Of a stretch of DNA of 64,000 nt, positions 8,295 to 17,725 are shown piece by piece. This DNA comes from a bacterium (GTDB lineage Bacteria > JAAXHH01). The notes under the pieces were generated by a model, which worked only from the letters and a program-made list of their open reading frames with translations, did not search any database and was not told the origin of the DNA. The stretch is taken from positions 73,417 through 137,416 of the forward strand of contig CBDEKM010000018.1 in NCBI GenBank assembly GCA_965240335.1, given 5' to 3'. The stretch's first letter is position 1, and every line of letters begins with the position of its first letter. A program made the position numbers and the translations under genes.

Positions 8295-9203
8295 TCATGT
8301 GTTGTTCAACCGTCCCTGCAGAAAACCGCGAAAGGCCGTTCCGTCGGTCTCATCCTGCAGTGCATAGTCGGCAAAGGCTTCCCAGTAGGTCAGGGGCGTG
8401 CCGATATCGTAGCGGCTGCTGCCGGTTCCCAGGGGTACACACCATACCGCACCACCCTCCCGGATCAGGTCTCGGATGGCGTCGCCGAGCCACAGTTCAC
8501 CGTTTTTCCCCCGAGGTGTCGTCTCCAGCGCCGGGAAGATGCCGGGGCCGCATATGTAGCGGGCCGATACGGCGTAGCGGCTGGGCGCGGTTTCCGTGGA
8601 CGGCTTCTCCACGATGTCATCGATGGGGAACGCCGTGTCGGATTCATATACAGGCCGTACGATTCCATATCGCGAAACCTTCTCTTCGGGAACGTACTCC
8701 ACCGCGATCGTACACGCTGCGTCTTCCTTTGCGTGGGTTTCCATCATGCGCCGCACGACGCTGCCTTCCTTCTGCGACCGGATGACGGCGTCGCCCCAGG
8801 CCACGACGAAGGCGTCCGAACCCGCGAAGGATTCACCCAGCCGAACGGCGTCTCCGTTGCCGGCCGGGATCTCCTGCCGCACGAACGCGTAGTCCAGCGC
8901 GGGTGGTTCGGTCCGGTGCGAACGGTCCTGGTCTCGCTGTCCCCGGAGTAGCCCGTCTGTTTGCATATCCTGTTCGTCTGGTTGCTCGCCGCGCTGGCCG
9001 ATCTCGAAGTATTCCTCGATCGCTGTTTTGTGGCTTGCCGTAACGAAGAGAATTTGATCGATGCCCGTGGCTGCCAGTTCATCCACCACGCGGTGTATCA
9101 CCGGTTTGCGGCCGAGGGGCAGCATTTCTTTTGGAATAGACCGCGTGAGCGGCCGCATCCGCGTGCCCAGACCCGCTACGGGAACCACGGCCTTCCGGAT
9201 CAT
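8295..9203 (-). CDS. sugar-1-phosphate nucleotidyltransferase (GalU/UTP-glucose-1-phosphate uridylyltransferase-like)
   Basis: ORF track gives 8295..9686, but the N-terminal 161 codons are out-of-frame overlap with eda. Real start is ATG 9203 (MIRKAVVPVAGLGTRMRPLTRSIPKEMLPL...), ATGA-overlapping the eda stop. GxGTR and K-EML motifs. Confidence 0.8.
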   Translation of the reverse strand: MIRKAVVPVAGLGTRMRPLTRSIPKEMLPLGRKPVIHRVVDELAATGIDQILFVTASHKTAIEEYFEIGQRGEQPDEQDMQTDGLLRGQRDQDRSHRTEPPALDYAFVRQEIPAGNGDAVRLGESFAGSDAFVVAWGDAVIRSQKEGSVVRRMMETHAKEDAACTIAVEYVPEEKVSRYGIVRPVYESDTAFPIDDIVEKPSTETAPSRYAVSARYICGPGIFPALETTPRGKNGELWLGDAIRDLIREGGAVWCVPLGTGSSRYDIGTPLTYWEAFADYALQDETDGTAFRGFLQGRLNNT

Positions 9204-9859
9204 CCCCCACCGTCCTGCCGCGCGGCCCGAACCACCTCGACGTATTTCCGGGCTGTATCGGTAAGGACCTGCCAGTCGCCCGCGGCCACGGCAGCCTTGT
9301 CCACCAGGTTCCCGCCCACGGCGATGGCGCAGGCGCCCGCTCGTATGAAGTCGCCCGCGTTGTCCAGGTCCACCCCGCCGGTAGGCATGAGGTCGATCTG
9401 GGGGAGCGGCCCCTTGACGTCCTTGAAATAACTGGGTCCCACCGCGGTCGCAGGAAACACCTTCACGATGTCCGCGCCGCATTCCCAGGCCGTCAGAATC
9501 TCCGTCGGCGTCAACGCACCCGGGATGATGACCTTGTCGTACCGCCGGCAGAGGGTGATGACGTCCGGATTCAGCGTCGGGGTTACGATGTATTCGGCAC
9601 CGGCCAGGATCGCGGCGCGGGCCGTCTCGGGATCCAGCACGGTACCCGCGCCGAGCAGGAACTCGCCCCCGAGCCGGTTCGCGCATTCGCCGATGACGTC
9701 CAGGGCGCCGGGTGTCGTCATGGTGATTTCGATGGCCCCGACGCCACCCTTGCCGATGGCCTGGGCGACCTGAACCAGCGCGTCGGGACTTTCCGCCCTG
9801 AGCACCGCGACCACCCCGCCTGCCTTTATGGATGCGAGGTTTTCAGCTCTCATTGACAT
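9200..9859 (-). CDS. eda: 2-dehydro-3-deoxy-phosphogluconate / 4-hydroxy-2-oxoglutarate aldolase
   Basis: 219 aa; KDPG aldolase TIM barrel with Schiff-base Lys region (VKVFPA) and Gly-rich C-terminus. Confidence 0.85.
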   Translation of the reverse strand: MSMRAENLASIKAGGVVAVLRAESPDALVQVAQAIGKGGVGAIEITMTTPGALDVIGECANRLGGEFLLGAGTVLDPETARAAILAGAEYIVTPTLNPDVITLCRRYDKVIIPGALTPTEILTAWECGADIVKVFPATAVGPSYFKDVKGPLPQIDLMPTGGVDLDNAGDFIRAGACAIAVGGNLVDKAAVAAGDWQVLTDTARKYVEVVRAARQDGGG

Positions 9860-9863
9860 GGTT

Positions 9864-10265
9864 TCACTCCAGCGTGACCTTCACCTTGCGTTCCGGCCTC
9901 TCATGCAGGTGCCCGTGTCCCGGCAGGGCGACGCCGAGGCGAATCGACGGCTTGCCGCCGACAGGGAATATATGATGGAAAGTCATGGCCGGCACATAGA
10001 TGAAATCACCCGCCTTTGCGTGGACCGTCTCGTCCCGACCCTCGATCACCCAGTCGATTTCACCTTCGAGCACGAGCCACCATTCGTCGTAGTCATGGCA
10101 GTGGTTGTCGTTCACCGTGCCCGACTCCTGCCAGATGAATGCGGCGGTCACGTGTTCCGCGGCCATGACCGCACAGGAGGCTGGCGGCGGACCGATTCGT
10201 TCCTTGATCTCTTCGATATTGATCTGATTGAGCGCGGCATGCATGACTGGTTTCGGTGGGGCCAT
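9864..10265 (-). CDS. cupin-domain protein
   Basis: 133 aa; cupin motifs (HxH...E, 'HCHDYDEWWLVLEGE', 'PAMTFHH'); 4 nt after eda. Confidence 0.7.
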   Translation of the reverse strand: MAPPKPVMHAALNQINIEEIKERIGPPPASCAVMAAEHVTAAFIWQESGTVNDNHCHDYDEWWLVLEGEIDWVIEGRDETVHAKAGDFIYVPAMTFHHIFPVGGKPSIRLGVALPGHGHLHERPERKVKVTLE

Positions 10266-10380
10266 CGTGGTACTCCTTTAAGAGGTAATCTTGTTGTACG
10301 GACCGGGGTTGCCGCGGGACCATGACTCAAAGCAGTTGCGCCGCGGGACTCGGACCGTCTCGGACGAATACAGGTGGTTG

Positions 10381-11520
10381 CTACGCGATTCGGTATTTCG
10401 CTATGGTTTCTTCGTTAACCGTGACCCCCAGTCCGGGTCCGTCGGGGACCGCCACGAAACCGTGGTCATCGATGATAAACCGTTCATGGGTCATTTCGTG
10501 CCGCAGCGGTGAATCGGACATGCAGAATTCGAAGACGGACGCGTTGGGCAGGGCGGCCAGCGCGTGAAGCGCCGCCGCCATGGTGATACCGCTCTTGTAA
10601 CTGTGATTGGCGACCTGACGGCCATGGCTGTGGGCGATACGGCCGGCCGCGGTCATGGTCGATATGCCGCAGCGGCCCGGATCCGGTTGAATCCAGTCGA
10701 GTCCGCCCCTGGTGACCAGTCGCTCGAAGTCCTCGAGCCGGGATTCGGCTTCCCCGGTGGCGATGGGCACCGGACTTTCCGTAGTCAGTGAAGCGTATCC
10801 CTCGATGTCGTCCGGGTGTAGCGGTTCTTCGATCCAGTAGGGCCGGCATTCCGCGAATTGCCTGGCACGCTTCAGCGCGGTTTCCCAGTCCCAGACCTGT
10901 CCGGCGTCAATGAGCACGTCGACCTCGTCACCGGTTCCCCGCCGTGCCTCCCGTACCAGCGCGACATCCTGCGCTTCGTCCTTGCCCATGGGACCCCAGC
11001 CGAACTTGACCGCCGTGAATCCCTGGTCGGCGAATTTCCTGCCGATCGCCCGGGTCGCCGAGGGCGTGTCACCGAAAAGGACGGAAGCATAGGCCCGAAA
11101 CTTAATCCTGTGTGCACCGCCCAGGAGCTGGTAGACGGGCTGTCCGCTGGCCTTTCCCGCGATGTCCCAGAGTGCCAGGTTGACCCCGGCCATGGCGTGC
11201 TGTCCCACGCCAACCCGGCCGTAGTAATTGGCCGCGTCCATCATCCGGTCTGTACACGCGTCAATGTCCAGGGGATCGGCGCCGGCCAGCGCGTTGGCCA
11301 GGCCGTTGCAGATCTGGTGTGACAGGGGCGCGTCGATTACGGCCTTTACCACGGTGGGACACGAATCGACTTCGCCCCAGCCTGTAATACCTGCGTCCGT
11401 TTCGATTTTAATCAGGCAGGTGTCCTGCGTTCCGTCACAGGCCTCCGTCACATCCGGAAGCCTGAGAACCAGTGCTGAAACCTCGACGATCCGCACGCTT
11501 GCTTCCTCCTTGTCCTCCAA
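10381..11520 (-). CDS. enolase-superfamily (mandelate racemase/muconate lactonizing enzyme family) sugar-acid dehydratase
   Basis: 379 aa; MR/MLE N- and C-terminal domains; metal ligands D/E/D (…LIDAGQVWD…EEP…); resembles D-mannonate/galactonate/rhamnonate dehydratases. Confidence 0.8.
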   Translation of the reverse strand: MEDKEEASVRIVEVSALVLRLPDVTEACDGTQDTCLIKIETDAGITGWGEVDSCPTVVKAVIDAPLSHQICNGLANALAGADPLDIDACTDRMMDAANYYGRVGVGQHAMAGVNLALWDIAGKASGQPVYQLLGGAHRIKFRAYASVLFGDTPSATRAIGRKFADQGFTAVKFGWGPMGKDEAQDVALVREARRGTGDEVDVLIDAGQVWDWETALKRARQFAECRPYWIEEPLHPDDIEGYASLTTESPVPIATGEAESRLEDFERLVTRGGLDWIQPDPGRCGISTMTAAGRIAHSHGRQVANHSYKSGITMAAALHALAALPNASVFEFCMSDSPLRHEMTHERFIIDDHGFVAVPDGPGLGVTVNEETIAKYRIA

Positions 11521-11811
11521 ACCGGCATGGTGGAATCACGTAGGTTAATGTGTGAAACGACATGGGGGGTGTCAAGTGGAGATGCCCCCGCACCAAGGGC
11601 GAATCACGACCTGAAATCCATCCAACCCGGTCTCAAATTTTACTGTGGTTGAAAACGCATTTGAGCACGGTCCGAGCCAGGAAATAAACCTTGACACCCC
11701 GGCGCGTCGCCCTGCACTATGGAGGCTAGATCGCCGGTACTCCCACTCGTTTCACGAGCCGGCGGATACGCCCCGTTTACACCACAGCGCCACATAAGAA
11801 AACCTGACCCT

Positions 11812-12744
11812 ATGCTCCGATATATCATATACCGCATCGTGGGCTTGATCGGCGTTTTGTTCCTGGTAACGATCATCACCTTCAGCCTGATGCATGCGGT
11901 TCCGGGCGGCCCGTTCGACGAAGAGAAGATGCCCCTCTCGGCCGAGGCCAAGGCGAATATCCTACGCAAGTACGGCCTGGACAAGCCCCTGTACGAGCAG
12001 TACGGACGGTACATGTGGAACGCGCTGCAGTTTGATTTCGGCATTCCCTTTCAGAGTCCGGGCGAGACGGTAACGGACCTGATTTCGCGTACCTGGCCCA
12101 TCAGCATGCAGCTGGGTGGTATGGGCCTCGCCCTGGCGTTCGCCTTCGGCATCCTCCTGGGTATATTGTCCGCGATCCGCCAGAATACATGGCTGGATTA
12201 CGGGACAACGATCATCGCTACCCTTGGGATCACTGTGCCCAGTTTCGCCATTTCCATTTTGTTCATCGTCGTTTTCGCGACCATTTGGAGGATTCTGCCC
12301 ACGGGTGGATGGGGCGGACCCGAAACCTGGATAATGCCGGTGATCGTATATGCACTGGGTCCCATGGCAATCATCGCCCGATATACCCGTTCGAGCGTAC
12401 TCGAGAACCTGCGCATGGACTACGTGCGGACCGCACGGGCCAAGGGACTCAAGGAGCGGAGCGTCCTTTTCGTCCACGTACTTAAGAACTCCATGATCCC
12501 GCTGCTGACCATCATGGGCCCGATGCTTCCCGGCGTGATGACCGGTTCGCTGTTCGTCGAAGGCATATTTCGCATTCCCGGACTGGGACAATTCTTCGTC
12601 ACCAGTATATTCGAACGGGATTACCCCATGATCATGGCGCTGACGCTGCTCGTCGCGGTACTGATCGGGATCGTATACCTGATTACCGATATACTGTACG
12701 CGCTCGTCGATCCCAGGGTTCGGTTCGTACGCGGGAGCAAGTAA
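11812..12744 (+). CDS. peptide/nickel-type ABC transporter permease (DppB/OppB family)
   Basis: ORF 11719..12744; first ATG 11812 ([14 protein letters not shown]...), the canonical OppB N-terminus; 6 TM; EAA-like loop. Confidence 0.85.
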   Translation: MLRYIIYRIVGLIGVLFLVTIITFSLMHAVPGGPFDEEKMPLSAEAKANILRKYGLDKPLYEQYGRYMWNALQFDFGIPFQSPGETVTDLISRTWPISMQLGGMGLALAFAFGILLGILSAIRQNTWLDYGTTIIATLGITVPSFAISILFIVVFATIWRILPTGGWGGPETWIMPVIVYALGPMAIIARYTRSSVLENLRMDYVRTARAKGLKERSVLFVHVLKNSMIPLLTIMGPMLPGVMTGSLFVEGIFRIPGLGQFFVTSIFERDYPMIMALTLLVAVLIGIVYLITDILYALVDPRVRFVRGSK

Positions 12745-13697
12745 TGTCCAACGGGAATTCACGGTCGGGGCGAACGTTCCTGGATTACCTCGGTATTTCC
12801 GCCCGTGGGTTCTGCATGGGTGTCGCCGATGTCGTTCCCGGCGTGTCCGGGGGAACGATGGCCTTTATCCTCGGTGTGTACGAAGAATTGCTGGACGCCG
12901 TTCATTCGGTAAACGGCAGGTTCCTGCGACTGCTGTTGACGTTTCGATTAAAGGCGGCCTTTGACGGATTTCCTTACGGGTTCGTGATCGCCCTCGTTAC
13001 CGGTATCATGGTGGCGATATTCAGTCTGGCCGGTTTTTTCACCTGGGCACTTGCGAATCATCCCGTTCTGGTGTGGGCGTTTTTCTTCGGATTGGTGCTC
13101 GCGTCGATCATCACCGTTCGGGTAAAGGTGTCCGCCTGGAGCGAGACCGAAGTGCTCGCGTTACTGCTGGCGGCTGCGGCTGCCTTCGTCCTTGTGGGCG
13201 CCGTCCCGGTCGAAACGACCTCTGCCGTCTGGTTCGTGTTCCTGAGCGGAGCCATAGCGATCTGCGCCATGATCCTGCCCGGCATCTCGGGCTCGTTCAT
13301 CCTGGTCATACTGGGGAAGTATCAGTACATGCTCAATGCCGTGGTGCAGCGCGATTTCCTGCCCATACTGATCTTTGGATGCGGCGGTATCCTGGGATTG
13401 GTCTTTTTCGCGCGAGTGCTTCGATGGCTTTTCCGGCGCTATCATGACCTGACCGTGGCTGCCCTTATCGGCCTCATGGCGGGTTCATTGCGAAAGATCT
13501 GGCCGTGGAAGGAAACCGTTGAATCGTTCACGGACCGGCATGGTGTGGTGAAACCCTTGATACAGCAAAACGTCCTGCCCGCGTCGTTGTCCAACGAAGC
13601 CCTGCTGGCTATTGCCATGGGCATCACGGGCTGCGCTATCGTACTGGCCATCGAGCGTTTCGCGATAAAGCGCTCTTCAGAAAAAACGGAAAACTAG
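12744..13697 (+). CDS. DUF368 (COG2035) family membrane protein
   Basis: 317 aa; DUF368 signature (GFCMGVADVVPGVSGGTMAFILGVYEEL, later ILPGISGSFILV); TAATG overlap with the dppB stop, 4 nt before dppC. Confidence 0.75.
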   Translation: MSNGNSRSGRTFLDYLGISARGFCMGVADVVPGVSGGTMAFILGVYEELLDAVHSVNGRFLRLLLTFRLKAAFDGFPYGFVIALVTGIMVAIFSLAGFFTWALANHPVLVWAFFFGLVLASIITVRVKVSAWSETEVLALLLAAAAAFVLVGAVPVETTSAVWFVFLSGAIAICAMILPGISGSFILVILGKYQYMLNAVVQRDFLPILIFGCGGILGLVFFARVLRWLFRRYHDLTVAALIGLMAGSLRKIWPWKETVESFTDRHGVVKPLIQQNVLPASLSNEALLAIAMGITGCAIVLAIERFAIKRSSEKTEN

Positions 13698-13701
13698 CAC
13701 C

Positions 13702-14565
13702 ATGATGGAAGTCATCCCATCCACCGGCGGCCTGTGGCGTGACGCCCTGCGCCGATACACTAAGAACAAGCTGTCCGTCGCGGCGGGGATCATCATCATC
13801 GTCATCACGTTCATGGCCCTCTTCGCGCCATTGGTCTCGCCGTCCCATTATTCCGAGGCCAATTTCGACGAAGCGTGGCAGTTCCCGTCCTACTCCCATC
13901 CCATGGGTACGGACAGCATCGGCCGGGATTATTTCAGCCGGATCGTGTACGGCGCGCGTATCTCGCTCATCGTGGGATTCGTCGCGCAGATGATCTCCCT
14001 GCTGATCGGGGTGCCGCTCGGGGCCATCGCCGGATTCAAAGGCGGCAAGGCCGATTACATCGTCATGCGCCTGGTGGACGTGATGTCGGTTTTTCCCAGC
14101 CTGCTTTTTGCCATACTCATCATGGCGTGGCTGGGAAGCGGATTGAGCAACGTGTTATTCGCCATCGGCGTGACCGGCTGGGTGGGGGTTTGCCGCCTGG
14201 TCCGTGCCCAGTTTCTTTCGCTGAGGACGTCCGATTTCGTCCGGGCGGCGCGGTCCATGGGCGCGTCCAACGTACACACCATAGTCCGCCACATGCTGCC
14301 AAACGCCCTGAGCCCAATCATCGTCGGTCTGGCCATGGGCATACCGCAGGCCATCTTCGCCGAGGCGGGCCTGAGCTTCCTCGGCCTGGGTATCAATCCG
14401 CCCACACCGAGCTGGGGACAGATGGTCAGCAGTCACCTGCCCAACGTCATCTACTACTGGCATCTCGCCCTCTTTCCGGTTTTCATGATCGCCCTGGTCA
14501 TGCTCGGATTTTCGCTCATCGGCGACGGCCTCCGCGACGCCCTCGACCCGAGGATGAACGAGTAG
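13702..14565 (+). CDS. peptide/nickel-type ABC transporter permease (DppC/OppC family)
   Basis: 287 aa; OppC-like N-terminal helix and permease domain. Confidence 0.85.
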   Translation: MMEVIPSTGGLWRDALRRYTKNKLSVAAGIIIIVITFMALFAPLVSPSHYSEANFDEAWQFPSYSHPMGTDSIGRDYFSRIVYGARISLIVGFVAQMISLLIGVPLGAIAGFKGGKADYIVMRLVDVMSVFPSLLFAILIMAWLGSGLSNVLFAIGVTGWVGVCRLVRAQFLSLRTSDFVRAARSMGASNVHTIVRHMLPNALSPIIVGLAMGIPQAIFAEAGLSFLGLGINPPTPSWGQMVSSHLPNVIYYWHLALFPVFMIALVMLGFSLIGDGLRDALDPRMNE

Positions 14566-14574
14566 GGCGTTACG

Positions 14575-16302
14575 TTGCATGCCAGGTCTATTATGCGAAT
14601 AATGACCGGAACATCGTTTCTTCGGCGGTCAAGCTGCCTCTTCCTCATCGCGGGGATTACCTGGTCGGCCCACGGACTGATCGATACGCTATTCCCTGCC
14701 AACGGACCGCGTCACGTTAATTCCATCGGGGTTCCACTGCCCGAAGACGCCCTGCCTCCCGAGCAACAGGTTCTTTACAAGTTTTCGGAATCCCGGCCCT
14801 ATAACGAGTGGTTTCGCACGGTTTACAAGGGCGCCGAAGGCAAATACATCATCGCCGAACCGTTGACGCGCACCAACCGTGATTTCGTGCTGAGGGGGGG
14901 AGCTGCGGAACGGTGGGAGATGTCCGATGACGACCTGGAATGGACCTTCCATCTGCGTCCGGGACTGCAGTGGAGTGACGGCCGTCCGTTGACCGCCCAC
15001 GATTATGTCTTTTCCCTCCGCCGGGGCGCCGATCCGGAAAACGCCTATGATTTCGGATGGTATTACCAGCCGATCCGGAACTGGCAGGCCGTCGTCGCCC
15101 GGAAGGTACCTGTGGACTCTCTGGGCGTATGGGCGTCCGACGATCTCACGTTGCACGTTGCTACAGAAGAACCCACGCCCCACCTCCCCCTGCTGCTGAC
15201 CTATTCCTGGGTTTCACCCGAGCACGCGGTTCGCAAGTACGGCGACACCTGGTCTACCCGGCCGGAAACCAGCATTTCATCCGGTCCCTTCGTGATGGTC
15301 GAATGGACCAAGGGTGAGCAGATGATTTACGAGGCCAACCCGATGTACCGCGGGGTCGACAAACCGTACCTGGAACGCGTGGTTTACAGGATGTTCAACC
15401 TGACCACGCCGCCCCAGCGGCTTTCCGCGTACGAGGCCGGCGAAGTCGATTTGTCCGAGGTGGAGAACCAGGCGGAACTGGCGCGGCTGCTCTCTGACGA
15501 CAACCTGACCAGCCAGGTTCACACGTGGCCCAATTTCTTTACCCACTACCTGTTTTTTGACGTGCGGCAACCACCTTTCAACGACCGGAGAGTCCGCCTC
15601 GCCATGAGCCTGGCGATCGACCGGGAAGCGCTGTGCCGTTCCGCGCTCAAAGGCTTCGCCATACCCGCCTATGCCATGCTGCCACCGGGGTTTCCGGCCT
15701 ATTCAGACAATGTTTACGAGGAAAGTCTTGGATACGACCCGGAGCGTGCCAGGCAGCTTCTCGCGGAGGCGGGCTATCCGGATGGACGAGGATTACCCGA
15801 ACTGGACATGTGGCTGCGCAACGAGATCGTCATGCACCGCGACGCGGCCGAGGGACTGCAGGCCATGCTGCAGCGCAACCTCAACATGAAGGTCGAAGTG
15901 CGCAACGTGGAGAACAAGGTCTTCATGGACGGACTGAACAACCACACTTTAGCCTTCGGGATGGTACCCTACGAATTCGATTTCGTGGATCCGAGCAATC
16001 TACTCGGACTCTGGCGGTCCAACGGTCGTCACAACTGGAACAATTCAGCCTTCGACGCCCTGATGAACGCGGCAGGCGCGGAAGTCAGGGACCAGGAACG
16101 GCGTATCGACCTGTACAGGGAAGCGGAACGGTTGCTGGTGGAGGACGTGGCCGGTGTTTTTCTGTGGTACAGGCAGCGGGCGCAGATCTGGAAGCCCTAT
16201 CTGAAAGGGTCGGCGTTGGAACCGAACGCATCGGGGTTCCGGTCGTGGCGGGGGGACCAGGTGATGAGCTCTTCGATTTCCCTGTACATCGGGGAAAACT
16301 GA
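14575..16302 (+). CDS. ABC transporter substrate-binding protein, family 5 (oligopeptide/dipeptide/nickel type)
   Basis: 575 aa; SBP_bac_5 features (…TFHLRPGLQWSDGRPLTAHDYVFS…); signal peptide; start may be an internal ATG (MRIM, +18 nt). Confidence 0.85.
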   Translation: MHARSIMRIMTGTSFLRRSSCLFLIAGITWSAHGLIDTLFPANGPRHVNSIGVPLPEDALPPEQQVLYKFSESRPYNEWFRTVYKGAEGKYIIAEPLTRTNRDFVLRGGAAERWEMSDDDLEWTFHLRPGLQWSDGRPLTAHDYVFSLRRGADPENAYDFGWYYQPIRNWQAVVARKVPVDSLGVWASDDLTLHVATEEPTPHLPLLLTYSWVSPEHAVRKYGDTWSTRPETSISSGPFVMVEWTKGEQMIYEANPMYRGVDKPYLERVVYRMFNLTTPPQRLSAYEAGEVDLSEVENQAELARLLSDDNLTSQVHTWPNFFTHYLFFDVRQPPFNDRRVRLAMSLAIDREALCRSALKGFAIPAYAMLPPGFPAYSDNVYEESLGYDPERARQLLAEAGYPDGRGLPELDMWLRNEIVMHRDAAEGLQAMLQRNLNMKVEVRNVENKVFMDGLNNHTLAFGMVPYEFDFVDPSNLLGLWRSNGRHNWNNSAFDALMNAAGAEVRDQERRIDLYREAERLLVEDVAGVFLWYRQRAQIWKPYLKGSALEPNASGFRSWRGDQVMSSSISLYIGEN

Positions 16303-16329
16303 ACGGGTGGCAATCAGAAGGAGCCGATC

Positions 16330-17724
16330 ATGATACTCAATCAATATTACCTGGGATGCCTGGCCCACGCGTCCTATTTCCTCGGGGACGAGGCATCGGG
16401 AACCGCGGCCGTCGTGGATCCGCAGCGCGACATCGACCAGTATATCGAAGAGGCCGTAGCCCGAAACATGACGATCGGCCATGTATTCCTGACGCACTTC
16501 CACGCGGATTTCGCCGCGGGCCACCTGGAGTTGAGGGATCGCACCGGCGCCGTGATACACCTGGGTGCGCGGGCCGAAGCGGGTTATGCCTTCGAGCCCA
16601 TGCGGGACGGCGGGTGCATGAACCTGGGCGGCATCCAGCTCAAGTTCCTGGAGACCCCTGGCCACTCTCCCGAATCCGTTTGCATCCTGGTGTTCGACCC
16701 TGAAAAAGAGGTCGCGCCCTACGCGGCGCTGACCGGGGACACGCTGTTTATCGGCGACGTGGGCCGGCCCGACCTGAGAGCCTCGGTCGGCTGGAAGGCC
16801 GCGGACCTGGCCGCCTTGCTGTACGGCTCGCTGCACGATAAACTGCTGCCGGGCACGAGCGACGATACGCTGGTCTATCCCGCCCACGGCGCCGGCTCGT
16901 TATGCGGTAAGAACCTCAGCACGGACACGGTGTCCACCATGGGCGCTCAAAAGCTGTACAACTATGCCCTTCAGCCGATGGACCGGGAGACCTTCGTTCG
17001 ATTGATCACGACGGACCAGCCGGAAGCGCCGTCGTACTTCAGTTACGACGCCGCGTTCAACGCGAGAGAGCACGACACGCTGGAACACCTGCTGTCCCGT
17101 AATCTGAAACCGCTGAAACTGGAAGAGGTCATGGATCGGGCGAAGGATGGCGCCCAGGTCCTGGACACACGGGACGCCGCGGATTTCGAGGGTGCGCACC
17201 TCGTGGGCAGTTACAACATCGGTCTCGGGGGACAGTACGCCAGTTGGGCGGGTACCCTGCTTAATCGCGAAAGTCCGATCATCCTGGTCACGGAGACGGG
17301 CGCGGAGGAGGAATCGGCCCTGCGGCTCGGCCGCATCGGTTTCGACCACATTGCCGGATATCTCGAGGGTGGTATGCACGCGTTGGCGGACCGGCCGGAC
17401 CTGGTGGGGCGGACCGACCGCATCACCGCGGCCGCGGTGAAGGACCGGATGGACCGTGGCGGTTCGCCCGTGATCCTCGACATCCGGTCAGAAACAGAAC
17501 GTGCTGAGAAACACATCCCGGCCAGTTTCCACGTGCCCTTAAATCACCTGGAGGAGCGCCTGGAGGAAATCCCCGCCAACGAGACGGTGATCGTCCAGTG
17601 CGCCGGTGGCTATCGTTCCGCCATGGCGGCCAGCATCCTGAAGCGGCACGGCATCACGGACGTAATGGACCTGGTCGGGGGATTGGCGGCCTGGGAAGCC
17701 GTTCAGCGGGAAGCCGCGAACTGA
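16330..17724 (+). CDS. MBL-fold persulfide dioxygenase-like domain fused to C-terminal rhodanese domain
   Basis: 464 aa; metallo-beta-lactamase HxHxDH (LTHFHADF) N-terminal domain; C-terminal rhodanese with active-site Cys loop (VQCAGGYRS). Confidence 0.8.
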   Translation: MILNQYYLGCLAHASYFLGDEASGTAAVVDPQRDIDQYIEEAVARNMTIGHVFLTHFHADFAAGHLELRDRTGAVIHLGARAEAGYAFEPMRDGGCMNLGGIQLKFLETPGHSPESVCILVFDPEKEVAPYAALTGDTLFIGDVGRPDLRASVGWKAADLAALLYGSLHDKLLPGTSDDTLVYPAHGAGSLCGKNLSTDTVSTMGAQKLYNYALQPMDRETFVRLITTDQPEAPSYFSYDAAFNAREHDTLEHLLSRNLKPLKLEEVMDRAKDGAQVLDTRDAADFEGAHLVGSYNIGLGGQYASWAGTLLNRESPIILVTETGAEEESALRLGRIGFDHIAGYLEGGMHALADRPDLVGRTDRITAAAVKDRMDRGGSPVILDIRSETERAEKHIPASFHVPLNHLEERLEEIPANETVIVQCAGGYRSAMAASILKRHGITDVMDLVGGLAAWEAVQREAAN

Positions 17725-17725
17725 C

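Noticed and set aside
8295-9686. 463-aa version of the nucleotidyltransferase ORF
   Set aside because: The first 161 codons are an Arg/Gly-rich out-of-frame overlap of eda. The real protein begins at ATG 9203 with the GxGTR nucleotidyltransferase N-terminus
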